A DNA stretch of 37,935 nucleotides from a virus (Duplodnaviria > Heunggongvirae > Uroviricota > Caudoviricetes), in the IMG/VR virus record IMGVR_UViG_2909298281_000006, positions 1 through 37,935 of that record; one strand, given 5' to 3'. A program made the translations under genes and the position numbers. Below, piece by piece: positions 28,280 to 36,939 of the stretch (positions are counted from its first letter, which is position 1; every line of letters starts with the position of its first letter). A model generated the notes under the pieces. It searched no databases, was not told the DNA's origin, and was given only the letters and a program-made list of their open reading frames with translations.

Positions 28280-31096
28280 TCAATCTTTATCGTAAAAACT
28301 GCCACGTCCGGCACGGGCGCGCCGTTCCATCTCTGCCCTGACCATTTCGCCGACCAGTTTCGCCAGTTCGCGGGGATTCTGTGTAACAACGTTATGCAGA
28401 TGAACATGAATTTCACCACCAAATCCGGAGGCAACAGGCTCCCGGTTACGGGAAGTTACAGGAACTGATGCCACTGGAGATCGTATAGCCTCCGCCACCG
28501 GGCGGGAGCTGGCCGCAACAACAGGGACCAGCGCCGGAGGCAGCGGAGCCGGGACCACGGGTGTGATATTAATTGCGGGGGCAGGCTTACTGACCTGCGC
28601 AATCTTCCGCTCCTGCCACTCCCCACGAACAGCAAGTGCTCGGGGCAGGTTTTTAAAGACAATATCGCCGGGGCCAATGCGTTTTTTCGTCTCCTCAACC
28701 AGCTTACCTGTGTTATCAGCAATTTTGCTGAGTCTGCGCAGCGTACCGGTATTGCTGTCTGTGAGCGGTTTATTGTCTTTGGGGTTATCACCTCCGGTGC
28801 CATTGCCATTTTCCACAGGCTTCGGCGGATTGATTTTCGCCAGGTCCCCCTGAAGCAAGGCAACCTTGTCCTGAAGAATGGCCGCACGCTGTGCGTCTTC
28901 GATTTTCTTGCGCGCCCTTTCCGCTTCATCCGGAAGCACACCAAGCTTTTCAAGTATCCACGCCAGCGTATCCAGCAACATTTTTGCAGGTGTCAGAACA
29001 AGTTGTAACGCACCGCCAAGAACGTTACCGAATATCTCGCCAGCACTGGTACATTTATCCAGAGTTTCCTTGCTGGACTCCATCGGTGACAGCAGCGATT
29101 TAAACCAGTTAAACATCTGGCTGATCCCACTCCCGATTGCGTCAAAAACAGGACCAAACCGTTCAAAGGTTTCGCGCAACGGGGTCAGCCTTTCCATAAT
29201 CCCGCTGAACACCCCGGCAAAAAATGCCCTGATGGGATCCCAGTATTTCCAGATAAGAACGGCAGCTCCGGCAAGCGCAGCCACGATAAGACCAACCGGA
29301 CTGAACAGCGCCCCGATAGCGCCTCCCAGTAAAGAAACGGAACCCGTCACCATTCCCCATAGTGCTGGCAGAACCCTGACAGCATTCATTGATCCGGTCA
29401 GGAGGGAAAAACCAAGACGCAGTTTTGCCAGCGGGCCAGCAAGCACACCAATAGCCAACGACAACGAGCCGACCGTTGCAGTCATCGCCAGCAATGCCCC
29501 ACCTGCAATCAGTAGCTGGCGCGTCAGTGCCGGATGGGCCTGCGCCAGCGCCGTCACCTTTGATACCACCCGCGTGAGCCACTGCGTGACAGAACGCAGC
29601 GGACCGTCAATCAGATCTGCAATGCGGATGCGCAACCCTTCCCATGCACTGCCGAGTGATTTCAGATCGCCGTCAAGGTTGTTGGCCATAACCTTTGCTG
29701 TGCGTTCAGCCTCACCGCGCGCGCCTTCAAGTTCTTTTCTCAGTTTGGGTAAGGAGCCGTCACCCGCTGCATCAACGAGCGCCATAAACGATGTGAAAGC
29801 CTCTTCTCCGGCAATGTCCTTAAAGAACGATACCCGGTCAACTTCCCCGTATTTGCGGGTGGCTTTATAAAGGTCGGCCAGTACATCCTCCATCGGGCGC
29901 ATTTTGCCGTTCGCGTCAGAGACAGCCACACCCAGCTCTTTCAGCGCCTCTGCTGCCGCCTTTGGCGGTGATGCCAGACGAGCCAGGCTGGCACGCATTG
30001 CCGTCCCGGCATCACTCCCTCTGATGCCCATATTTGCCAGCACGCCCGCCATCGCAGCGGCCTGCTCCAGCGATATTCCCAGCTTACCCGCCACCGGACC
30101 TGCATATTTCATGGTTTCGCCCAGCGCGCGAAGGTCAGTGTTGGTACGGGTAAACGCCGCTGTAAGCGTGTCGCCAACCCGGTCCATCTGGTCAGCAGAG
30201 AGGCCGAACTGCGTCAGGATATTTGAGCCAATATCCGCCGTCTCGCCGAGATCCATACCGCCAGCCGTTGCCATGCTCAGCACGCCGGGAAGCGCAGCCT
30301 GAATGGCCTGCGGAGTAAAACCAGCCATTGCAAGAAATGCCTGTCCACTGGCGGCATCTCCAGCGGTGAACTGCGTTTCAGAGCCAAGTTTTAACGCCTG
30401 CTCACGCAGCGCCTTAAACTGTGGGCTGTTTTTGTCGATTCGCGTCAGTGCCTGAACGCGGGACATCTCTTTCCCGAACCCAATCGCGGGCTGCAAAAAA
30501 CGCCCGGCAGCATAGCCGCCCGCCGCTGCCGCACCTGTTGCCAGTGCACCACCTGTTTTCAGTTTTCCCGCGGTTTCCTGCGCGCGCGAATACCGCTCAC
30601 GCGCCCGCGTTACACGCGCAAGCGCCTGCCGTTCGCGTTCAAGCTGGTTGTTGTACTGTTCGGTGCGTCTGATGGCCTGTTGAATGGTGTTATCGCTGCC
30701 TGTCAGGGAAATGCCGTGGCGTTTCAGCTCTCCGCCAAGTTCCCGCATTTTCTGAATCTCCCGTGTGCGCGATTCATTCAGGCGTTCAAGCCGGGTGCTT
30801 AACTGCTGCATCAGCTTTTGTTGTTTTTCGCTGAGCACTGTACCCGTGTGTTGTAACTGATTAAGGGCGTTAAGCTGGCGTCGTGCTTTCAATATGCCAG
30901 CATCCGCTTTACTGACAGCGTCACGGGCGCGCTCAAATGAACGCGCCTGACGCTCGAGATTTTTGATCGCCCCCTGCGTTCGCTGGATGGAGTCACCAAA
31001 CTGCCCCATCAGGCGGCGGGCGTTTTCGGCAGGCCGGGTCAGCCTGTCAACGGCGCTGAAAGCGACCCGGATATCAAGAGTCTTCATTATCTGCAT
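28280..31096 (-). CDS. T: Tail tape measure protein
   Basis: 938 aa, Ala/Gly-rich with coiled-coil-like N-terminal half; position after E/E-prime. Confidence 0.85.
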   Translation of the reverse strand: MQIMKTLDIRVAFSAVDRLTRPAENARRLMGQFGDSIQRTQGAIKNLERQARSFERARDAVSKADAGILKARRQLNALNQLQHTGTVLSEKQQKLMQQLSTRLERLNESRTREIQKMRELGGELKRHGISLTGSDNTIQQAIRRTEQYNNQLERERQALARVTRARERYSRAQETAGKLKTGGALATGAAAAGGYAAGRFLQPAIGFGKEMSRVQALTRIDKNSPQFKALREQALKLGSETQFTAGDAASGQAFLAMAGFTPQAIQAALPGVLSMATAGGMDLGETADIGSNILTQFGLSADQMDRVGDTLTAAFTRTNTDLRALGETMKYAGPVAGKLGISLEQAAAMAGVLANMGIRGSDAGTAMRASLARLASPPKAAAEALKELGVAVSDANGKMRPMEDVLADLYKATRKYGEVDRVSFFKDIAGEEAFTSFMALVDAAGDGSLPKLRKELEGARGEAERTAKVMANNLDGDLKSLGSAWEGLRIRIADLIDGPLRSVTQWLTRVVSKVTALAQAHPALTRQLLIAGGALLAMTATVGSLSLAIGVLAGPLAKLRLGFSLLTGSMNAVRVLPALWGMVTGSVSLLGGAIGALFSPVGLIVAALAGAAVLIWKYWDPIRAFFAGVFSGIMERLTPLRETFERFGPVFDAIGSGISQMFNWFKSLLSPMESSKETLDKCTSAGEIFGNVLGGALQLVLTPAKMLLDTLAWILEKLGVLPDEAERARKKIEDAQRAAILQDKVALLQGDLAKINPPKPVENGNGTGGDNPKDNKPLTDSNTGTLRRLSKIADNTGKLVEETKKRIGPGDIVFKNLPRALAVRGEWQERKIAQVSKPAPAINITPVVPAPLPPALVPVVAASSRPVAEAIRSPVASVPVTSRNREPVASGFGGEIHVHLHNVVTQNPRELAKLVGEMVRAEMERRARAGRGSFYDKD

Positions 31097-31310
31097 TCCC
31101 GCTGCGAAGTGCCGCCCGCTCGCGCCAGCTAACCACTTCGCCGGGCGTCATCATGAAGATTTCGGCGGGCGACCAGTTAAAAATGGCGGCAATATCCGCC
31201 ACCAGATCTTCGATGTGCTCAAAGCACACCAGGGTGATTACGCTGCCGTCTCCTGCACGCTCTTCGCGCCAGAGTCTGGCTCGCTCATAAAATTTACAGC
31301 CACAGCGCAC
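31074..31310 (-). CDS. E-prime frame: C-terminal extension of the tail assembly chaperone, reached by -1 frameshift from E
   Basis: ORF in the -1 frame overlapping the E 3-prime end and the T 5-prime end; no independent ATG/SD. Confidence 0.55.
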   Translation of the reverse strand: MRCGCKFYERARLWREERAGDGSVITLVCFEHIEDLVADIAAIFNWSPAEIFMMTPGEVVSWRERAALRSGNADNEDS

Positions 31311-31612
31311 AACTGAATAAAATCGCGTGACGACATTTTTTTAATCATCACTTCATCCAGTCGTGGCGAGGTCACGCGAGGCAACAGCGTAAACATGGTA
31401 TCCGCTTTCAGATTCAGCACATCAGACAGCGACAGACCACGCAGGGATCCAGCCTGCTCAATAGCCCCGGTGATCTCCACATACGTGATTTTTTCGCCAC
31501 CACGCTCAATTGGTCGGGTCAGTTTTACGCCATGTTCGACAGCCATATCCTCACCTGCCGTCACATCATCCGCCACGGTGTTATTCCGGGTTTCAGTATC
31601 GATGTCTTTCAT
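31238..31612 (-). CDS. E: Tail assembly chaperone E
   Basis: 124 aa with a good SD (AAAGGAGAAAACTG ATG); position between FII and T. Confidence 0.7.
   Translation of the reverse strand: MKDIDTETRNNTVADDVTAGEDMAVEHGVKLTRPIERGGEKITYVEITGAIEQAGSLRGLSLSDVLNLKADTMFTLLPRVTSPRLDEVMIKKMSSRDFIQLCAVAVNFMSEPDSGAKSVQETAA
31289..31295 (-). other. Candidate -1 programmed frameshift heptamer A_AAU_UUU
   Basis: On the minus strand AAATTTT sits in the E frame as A AAT TTT and reads AAA TTT T in the E-prime frame, inside the E/E-prime overlap. Confidence 0.45.
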
Positions 31613-31667
31613 CAGTTTTCTCCTTTTCAGTCAGAGGCGACGCACTGCGCCGCCTGCATATTACTTA

Positions 31668-32180
31668 TCAGCCAAGCTCGAGCGCGGAACGGATACGGTC
31701 AGGCACAATGTCCTTGCCGTCCTTCCGGTAAATGAAGTTCAGCAGGTCAATCTCCCACAACGGGCGATCGTTAACACTCAGCTTGTAGTAGGTGTTTTTA
31801 ATGGCGTAAGTGTGTGATGTGGCTTCGCCCTGTTTGGCTTCCCCCATATCAATTTCCGTCACACGTCCGCGCATTGCGACTTCATACAGGTCGCTTTCTG
31901 CATCGGTGTAGTATTCACCCGCAAAACGCAGCAGCGTGCCGTCAATCGTGCCGCCATACTTAAGGAACAGCTCACGAACTGCGCCCCCCATGACAAAGCT
32001 CGCATCAAGCGCGGAGTCGTCCAGACCGAGATCAATACTTACCGCACCCATCATGCCACCACCCCGGTAGCTGTCGGTTTTGCGCGTCAGCTTAGGTAGA
32101 GTGACGGACGTCACCTTACCCACTTCGTTTTCACCATCCACAAACAGCGTAAAAAAGCGAAGATGTTTTGGTACAGCCAT
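31668..32180 (-). CDS. FII: Tail tube protein
   Basis: 170 aa; follows the sheath gene with a 1-nt overlap. Confidence 0.85.
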   Translation of the reverse strand: MAVPKHLRFFTLFVDGENEVGKVTSVTLPKLTRKTDSYRGGGMMGAVSIDLGLDDSALDASFVMGGAVRELFLKYGGTIDGTLLRFAGEYYTDAESDLYEVAMRGRVTEIDMGEAKQGEATSHTYAIKNTYYKLSVNDRPLWEIDLLNFIYRKDGKDIVPDRIRSALELG

Positions 32181-33364
32181 CAGGCACCTCCCAGCACCGC
32201 AAATGCGGGACCAAAGAATTCATCAGTAAACGACTGGTAAAGCTCCATGTCTTCCAGCGGGGGAACGGGCGTATATTTGTAGCGAATACGCACGCGCCCC
32301 TGACGTAAATTCGTGGTGCCGTTATCCACCACGTCATACCAGCACGACGCCCCAATCAGTTTCCCGGCAGTAACCAGTGAATCCAGTTTTGCCCTGATGG
32401 CACTGATAACATCCTTCACGTTCGCAGGCGTCAGTGGACTGTCGATGGTTTCAAACTGCGCTTCCGCAATTGAATCAGCCAGCACCTGTGCGGTTCGGGT
32501 ATACACCTCAAAGATGTAGGCGTTCGTTTCCGGTGTGCGGTTGCCCCAGAAGCGGAACCCGTTGCGACGAATAATGGTCGTGATTTCTTTGTTGTTGAGG
32601 CTGTTGGCATCACTGTCTTCGGCCTGCAACGACCAGAACACATGCCTGGACATCCCCAGCACATTTTTAACCGGAACGTTGGACAGCGATTTGTGCCAGC
32701 CCTGTTCATGGTCAATGTACGCACGAAGGCCGCACGCATAGGCAGGCGCGGGGAACGTTTCGTTTTTGCCACTTTTCGGGTTGTAGGCGATGAAGTCCGG
32801 CCATAAGAGCATCACCTCACGTTCGTTGAATTTCTGGCGGTAGGTAATCGCCTCAGCCATCGTGTTACAGCCGTGACATGAGGCATACACAAACGCGCGC
32901 AGTTTACCTGCAATCACGCACAGGGATTTTGTTACAGCCTCCGTGTCCAGCTCCGGCGCGGCCAGAATACGCGGACGGTATCCGATGCTTTCATCCTGCT
33001 CTGCAACAAGCAGCGCATACATCCCCGTATAGCTGCCGTCATCCTCAGAACCACCGATAACCAGTTGATCCTGCGTCTTTCCGTCTTCTTCTTTGTGTTC
33101 AGCCACGCGAACGACGATCACCTTTGTGCTCACCTGGTCTGCGATGGCCTTAAGCGCACGATAAAGCGTCCCCGTTGTTCCGCATTTTCCCAGCACGTCA
33201 TTGACGCGGGTCAGCAGTGTGGGCTTGTTCAGCGGGAACAGCTTCGCGTCCGCATCATCCGCCGTTGCCACGATACCGATAACGCTGGAATCAACATCGT
33301 TAATCGCTGTTACCAGGTCGGTATTTTCCGTAACACGGGCACCATGAAAACGAGTTTCACTCAT
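32180..33364 (-). CDS. FI: Contractile tail sheath protein
   Basis: 394 aa; FPLNKP, GWHK, IRRNGFRFWGNRT and YKYTPVPPLE match remembered P2 gpFI. Confidence 0.9.
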   Translation of the reverse strand: MSETRFHGARVTENTDLVTAINDVDSSVIGIVATADDADAKLFPLNKPTLLTRVNDVLGKCGTTGTLYRALKAIADQVSTKVIVVRVAEHKEEDGKTQDQLVIGGSEDDGSYTGMYALLVAEQDESIGYRPRILAAPELDTEAVTKSLCVIAGKLRAFVYASCHGCNTMAEAITYRQKFNEREVMLLWPDFIAYNPKSGKNETFPAPAYACGLRAYIDHEQGWHKSLSNVPVKNVLGMSRHVFWSLQAEDSDANSLNNKEITTIIRRNGFRFWGNRTPETNAYIFEVYTRTAQVLADSIAEAQFETIDSPLTPANVKDVISAIRAKLDSLVTAGKLIGASCWYDVVDNGTTNLRQGRVRIRYKYTPVPPLEDMELYQSFTDEFFGPAFAVLGGA

Positions 33365-33520
33365 AGCTTCAGCCCCTTGTATCCGTTAAATGATTCGGCA
33401 ACAATCATCACCCACCACGCGCGTAATCTCACCCCTGCGCCGTTCTCCCGACCCGGCGACAACAAAAAGCAGTAACCCCCTCCGCACGCACATGCGACCA
33501 TGCCGCACAGGGAGGGAAAG

Positions 33521-34630
33521 ATGACCGACACCACCATGCAATTGCTCAGTCAGAGCACAGACCCCGTGAAAATGCCGGATTTTGATATTCTCGCGGAGGG
33601 TAAAACGCTGTCAGGCGTGGCAGAGCGCCTGATGAGCCTGTCACTGACCGACAACCGGGGATTTGAAGCGGACCAGCTCACCATCACGCTGGATGATGCG
33701 GATGGTCAGTTGCAGCTACCGCCACGGGGCGCGCGCCTGACGGTTCTCATTGGCTGGAAAGGCGAACCGCTGACAGAAAAAGGCTCTTACATTGTCGATG
33801 AAATCGCACACGAAGGACCGCCGGACAGGCTGACTGTTTCAGCCAGAAGCGCAGATTTTCGGGATGAATTTAACGTTAAACGTGAGGTGTCCTGGCATGA
33901 TGTGACCGTTGAGCGTGTGGTATCCGCCATCGCTCATCGGTACGGTCTGAAACCGCAAATCAGCGAAATGCTGATGCATATCGAAATCGACCACGCCGAC
34001 CAGACCGAAGAAAGTGACATGTCCTTCCTTACGCGCATGGCGGAAATGCTGGGCGCAATCACCACGGTAAAAAGCGGTAATCTGTTATTCATCATGCCCG
34101 GCGGTGGCGTGAACGCACAGGGCCAGCCGTTGCCATCGTTCGCCATCACACGCAGCAGCGGCGATCGCCATCAGTTCCGCATTGCTGACCGCGAGGCGTA
34201 TACGGGGGTACGCGCTTACTGGCTTGATCTTAATTACGGGAAAAAGAAAAAAGTCAGCGTGAAACGCCGCAAACCGCCAAAACCGAAAAAAGAGAAAAGC
34301 AGCAGCCGTGAAGGTGATTATATGGAAGGCGCGGAAGGCAATGTGTTTGTGTTACGCAAGACTTATCAGAACGAGCAGGCAGCAAGACGCGCAGCGGCGG
34401 CAAAGTGGCAACAACTACAACGCGGAGCCGCATCATTCTCCATCACACTGGCACGCGGACGCGCAGGACTCTACCCCGAAATGCATGGCACGGTAACAGG
34501 ATTTAAAAGCGAGATTGATAATCAGGACTGGATTATTGCAAAAGCCGAGCACACCATTGATAACAGCGGCTTTACCACTCAGCTTGAGCTTGAAGCAAAA
34601 ATCCCGGAATGGATAGCGGAAACAGAGTGA
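33521..34630 (+). CDS. D: Tail protein D (late control D family)
   Basis: ATG 33521 after GGAGGG; RGFEAD, EGPPDRLT, SADFR, SWHD, GDRHQF, GDY and ASFSITLA motifs match remembered P2 gpD. Confidence 0.85.
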   Translation: MTDTTMQLLSQSTDPVKMPDFDILAEGKTLSGVAERLMSLSLTDNRGFEADQLTITLDDADGQLQLPPRGARLTVLIGWKGEPLTEKGSYIVDEIAHEGPPDRLTVSARSADFRDEFNVKREVSWHDVTVERVVSAIAHRYGLKPQISEMLMHIEIDHADQTEESDMSFLTRMAEMLGAITTVKSGNLLFIMPGGGVNAQGQPLPSFAITRSSGDRHQFRIADREAYTGVRAYWLDLNYGKKKKVSVKRRKPPKPKKEKSSSREGDYMEGAEGNVFVLRKTYQNEQAARRAAAAKWQQLQRGAASFSITLARGRAGLYPEMHGTVTGFKSEIDNQDWIIAKAEHTIDNSGFTTQLELEAKIPEWIAETE

Positions 34631-34672
34631 GCAACTTAGAATAGCGACAGCACCACGTTAAGGGAGGTCGCT

Positions 34673-34933
34673 ATGTTCCGTTGTCCGCTTTGTGGCGCAT
34701 CTGCCCGTATCCGCACCAGTCGTCCGGAAAATGATTCAAACACCGTGCGGCAAAAGTATTACCAGTGTAACAATCTGGAATGCGGCGTATGCTTCTCAAC
34801 ACTGGAAGCTTTCCATAAATTCACATCAAAACACGCCTCCGGCGTTCACTCTTCAGAAGATATCCCGTGGCATGATCTGCCAGCTTCACACAGGGGAAAC
34901 AATCAGATGAGTTTGCCTTTATCTCAGAATTAA
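34673..34933 (+). CDS. ogr: Late gene transcriptional activator, zinc-finger Ogr/Delta family
   Basis: MFRCPLCGASARIRTSR...YYQCNNLECGVCF resembles P2 Ogr (MFHCPLC...HQCQNVNC); AGGGAGG SD. Confidence 0.85.
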   Translation: MFRCPLCGASARIRTSRPENDSNTVRQKYYQCNNLECGVCFSTLEAFHKFTSKHASGVHSSEDIPWHDLPASHRGNNQMSLPLSQN

Positions 34934-34993
34934 CAGGCAGAATTGCCGGAGTAACAAAAAAGCGATAGATTACGCGCGGGTGCCTTTCGGCTG

Positions 34994-35206
34994 ATGGTCG
35001 GAGGGAATACCCGAAGGCCAGATGTGGAAAGGCCCCGGAAAACATCCCTGTTTAACCGAGGCCCTAACCGCATTACCTTGACAAGTGAAAGGTTAGCGCC
35101 TCTCCGAAAAAGGAGCAAGTGCTATGTCGCAAAAATCGCTTACGGCCATCACGTTCTGCGTGACGGCAATCCTCATCATCTGGATGCTGCACGGTTCGCT
35201 GTGTGA
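34994..35206 (+). CDS. mok-like overlapping reading frame (70 codons) upstream of and overlapping the hok-like gene
   Basis: ATG 34994; 70-codon ORF ending inside the hok-like gene in another frame, mirroring the mok/hok arrangement. Confidence 0.3.
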   Translation: MVGGNTRRPDVERPRKTSLFNRGPNRITLTSERLAPLRKRSKCYVAKIAYGHHVLRDGNPHHLDAARFAV

Positions 35207-35263
35207 AATACGGATGAGTTTCTGGGGAGCGGAGTTTGCGGCGTTCTTACAGTGTAAGCAGTA
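35123..35263 (+). CDS. Hok/Gef-family type I toxin (46 aa)
   Basis: MSQKSLTAITFCVTAILIIWMLHGSLCEIRMSFWGAEFAAFLQCKQ: N-terminal TM then SLCEIR and EFAAF, the Hok signature (cf. Hok ...KSLCEIRYRDGHREVAAF...); GGAG 8 nt upstream. Confidence 0.65.
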
Positions 35264-35441
35264 AGGAAACCGCGACGGGGAGCAATCCCCCGGTCAATCA
35301 GTTGCCAGAGTAAGGTCGATAAGGCATCCTGTCTCATTCTATACCAGCTAATCAATTGACACATATCAATAAAAAGCCTGATAAAATCAAAATGTTTTGT
35401 TACAAATGTCAGCTAGTAGAGAGCCAAAGGAGGCAGATTAT

Positions 35442-35774
35442 ATGGCATTAATCAAATGTCCTGAATGCCAGAAAGAGGTGATCGATTCAGTATTGTCTTG
35501 CCCTGCTTGTGGCAAACAACTGAAAAAACTTAAACGTTCATTTTTTGGAGAACTCATTAAGTATTTTTTCATATTATTTAATATTTTTATAATCTACACG
35601 ATTTGTGTTGGGCTAAGAGAGGTTGGTGAAATAATAAACAACGCCACATCCGATGCCGAAAAAGCCGGTACAGTTATTGGTACGGGCTTAGGTTTAATTG
35701 CTATTGGAGGCTTATGGGTTATTGGCAATATCATTATCGGAAATTTAGTATTTCTTACTAAACCAAAGGGATAA
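35442..35774 (+). CDS. Zinc-ribbon membrane protein (110 aa)
   Basis: ATG 35442 after AAAGGAGG; CPEC...CPACG zinc ribbon followed by two hydrophobic helices; AT-rich. Confidence 0.55.
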   Translation: MALIKCPECQKEVIDSVLSCPACGKQLKKLKRSFFGELIKYFFILFNIFIIYTICVGLREVGEIINNATSDAEKAGTVIGTGLGLIAIGGLWVIGNIIIGNLVFLTKPKG

Positions 35775-35778
35775 CAAA

Positions 35779-36672
35779 ATGAAAAATATGATTATTTCTA
35801 TAGGTGCATCATTTATATCAATTAGTGTGCTACCTGCTCACGCAGCAACTGAGCATAATAACTTTAAGTCATCACTCCAGTGCCGAGCAATAGAAAATAA
35901 TAAAGAAAGACTTTCTTGTTATGATAAGTCAATACAACCGACTCGAACGACAGTTGCTGAAAAATTCGAAAGCAGAGATCAATGCCCTGATGAGAAAGAT
36001 GATGACAGACGTTTATCTTGTTATGACCGTTTTTTTTCTCCAACATTTACTCCGCCTGTAAGCTCAAAATCTAAATCGAAACAGCTAGTAACAACAGAGG
36101 CTCAGCAACCAAATCTTTCTGAGATATCTAAATGCCGAGCAGAAACCGATAAAGAAACTAGAGTAAACTGCTACGATAAACTATTTCCACAGGAAAAAGT
36201 TGCGCAATCTAAATCAAAATTAGAGAAAGCCACAGACACAGGAAAATGGCACACATCCATTACTACATCGCCAATTGATGATTCGAAAAATGTAATTTTA
36301 TCGTTAGAAAGTGATGATTATATAAGAACTCCATTTGGAGAAGCGGTTACCCCTACTCTGTTTATAGCTTGCCGAGAAAAGAAAACCGAAGTATTTCTTA
36401 ATTGGGATGTATATTTAGGCCTTGAACAAACCAGCATGCTGTATCGCCTTGATAAACAGAAAGCAGTTGAGCGAAACTGGCTAGTATCTACAGATACAAA
36501 GGCTGTTTTTTATAAAGGCAATGACATTAACTTCATCAGAAAACTAGCCAACTCAAACAAAATGTATGCAAAAATAACCCCTTATAATGAAAGCCCTGTA
36601 AGTGCAACTTTCAATTTAAACGGCCTGTCAACCACGCTAAAACCGCTTCAAGAAGCCTGTAACTGGAAATAG
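35779..36672 (+). CDS. Secreted protein with three Cys-containing repeats
   Basis: Signal peptide MKNMIISIGASFISISVLPAHA; three repeats C-x7/8-R-[LV]-x-C-Y-D-[KR] (RLSCYDK, RLSCYDR, RVNCYDK); AT-rich. Confidence 0.6.
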   Translation: MKNMIISIGASFISISVLPAHAATEHNNFKSSLQCRAIENNKERLSCYDKSIQPTRTTVAEKFESRDQCPDEKDDDRRLSCYDRFFSPTFTPPVSSKSKSKQLVTTEAQQPNLSEISKCRAETDKETRVNCYDKLFPQEKVAQSKSKLEKATDTGKWHTSITTSPIDDSKNVILSLESDDYIRTPFGEAVTPTLFIACREKKTEVFLNWDVYLGLEQTSMLYRLDKQKAVERNWLVSTDTKAVFYKGNDINFIRKLANSNKMYAKITPYNESPVSATFNLNGLSTTLKPLQEACNWK

Positions 36673-36701
36673 TATAAACCATGCGGCTAAGCCACAATCA
36701 C

Positions 36702-36741
36702 AGATAACACAAAGCCCGTGAAAACGGGCTTTGTGTTATCT
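36702..36741. terminator. Perfect 17-bp-stem hairpin after the secreted-protein gene
   Basis: AGATAACACAAAGCCCG-TGAAAA-CGGGCTTTGTGTTATCT. Confidence 0.5.
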
Positions 36742-36754
36742 ATAACTCGAAAAT

Positions 36755-36772
36755 GTGGTCACTGCGTGGACA
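36755..36772. repeat. Right copy of the 18-bp direct repeat GTGGTCACTGCGTGGACA (partner at 11..28)
   Basis: 17 of 18 identical to 11..28; its reverse-strand reading ...VHAVTTFSSYR-stop mimics the Int C-terminus ...VHAVSTGD-stop. Confidence 0.5.
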
Positions 36773-36939
36773 TGCGCCGATACAAATCCTTTTATATCAA
36801 AAAGTTAAATCAACATCTTTTTCATCAACAAGGATTTTCACGTTTGTGTTACCTGTATGAGACGAGAGTTAACCGGACAAGTGTGCCATAATCTCGCGGC
36901 CAGGCATACTTGCGAAGATTTCAGGTATAAGGATACGTA

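Noticed and set aside
28878-29870. 330-aa plus-strand ORF
   Set aside because: Antisense inside the tape measure gene T; Ser/Ala/Pro-rich low-complexity translation.
27683-33520. FI-U strand inversion as an assembly artefact
   Set aside because: Both boundaries look biologically organised (convergent terminator hairpin at 27736-27769; divergent 156-bp promoter gap with good SDs for FI and D), so a real lineage-specific arrangement is more likely, though only read-level data can confirm.
34934-35122. Classical P2 att core / cyaR terminator sequence expected right of ogr
   Set aside because: AAAAAATAAGCCCGTGTAAGGGAGATT and its complement were not seen here; this phage evidently uses a different attachment site, so no attR is called at this position.
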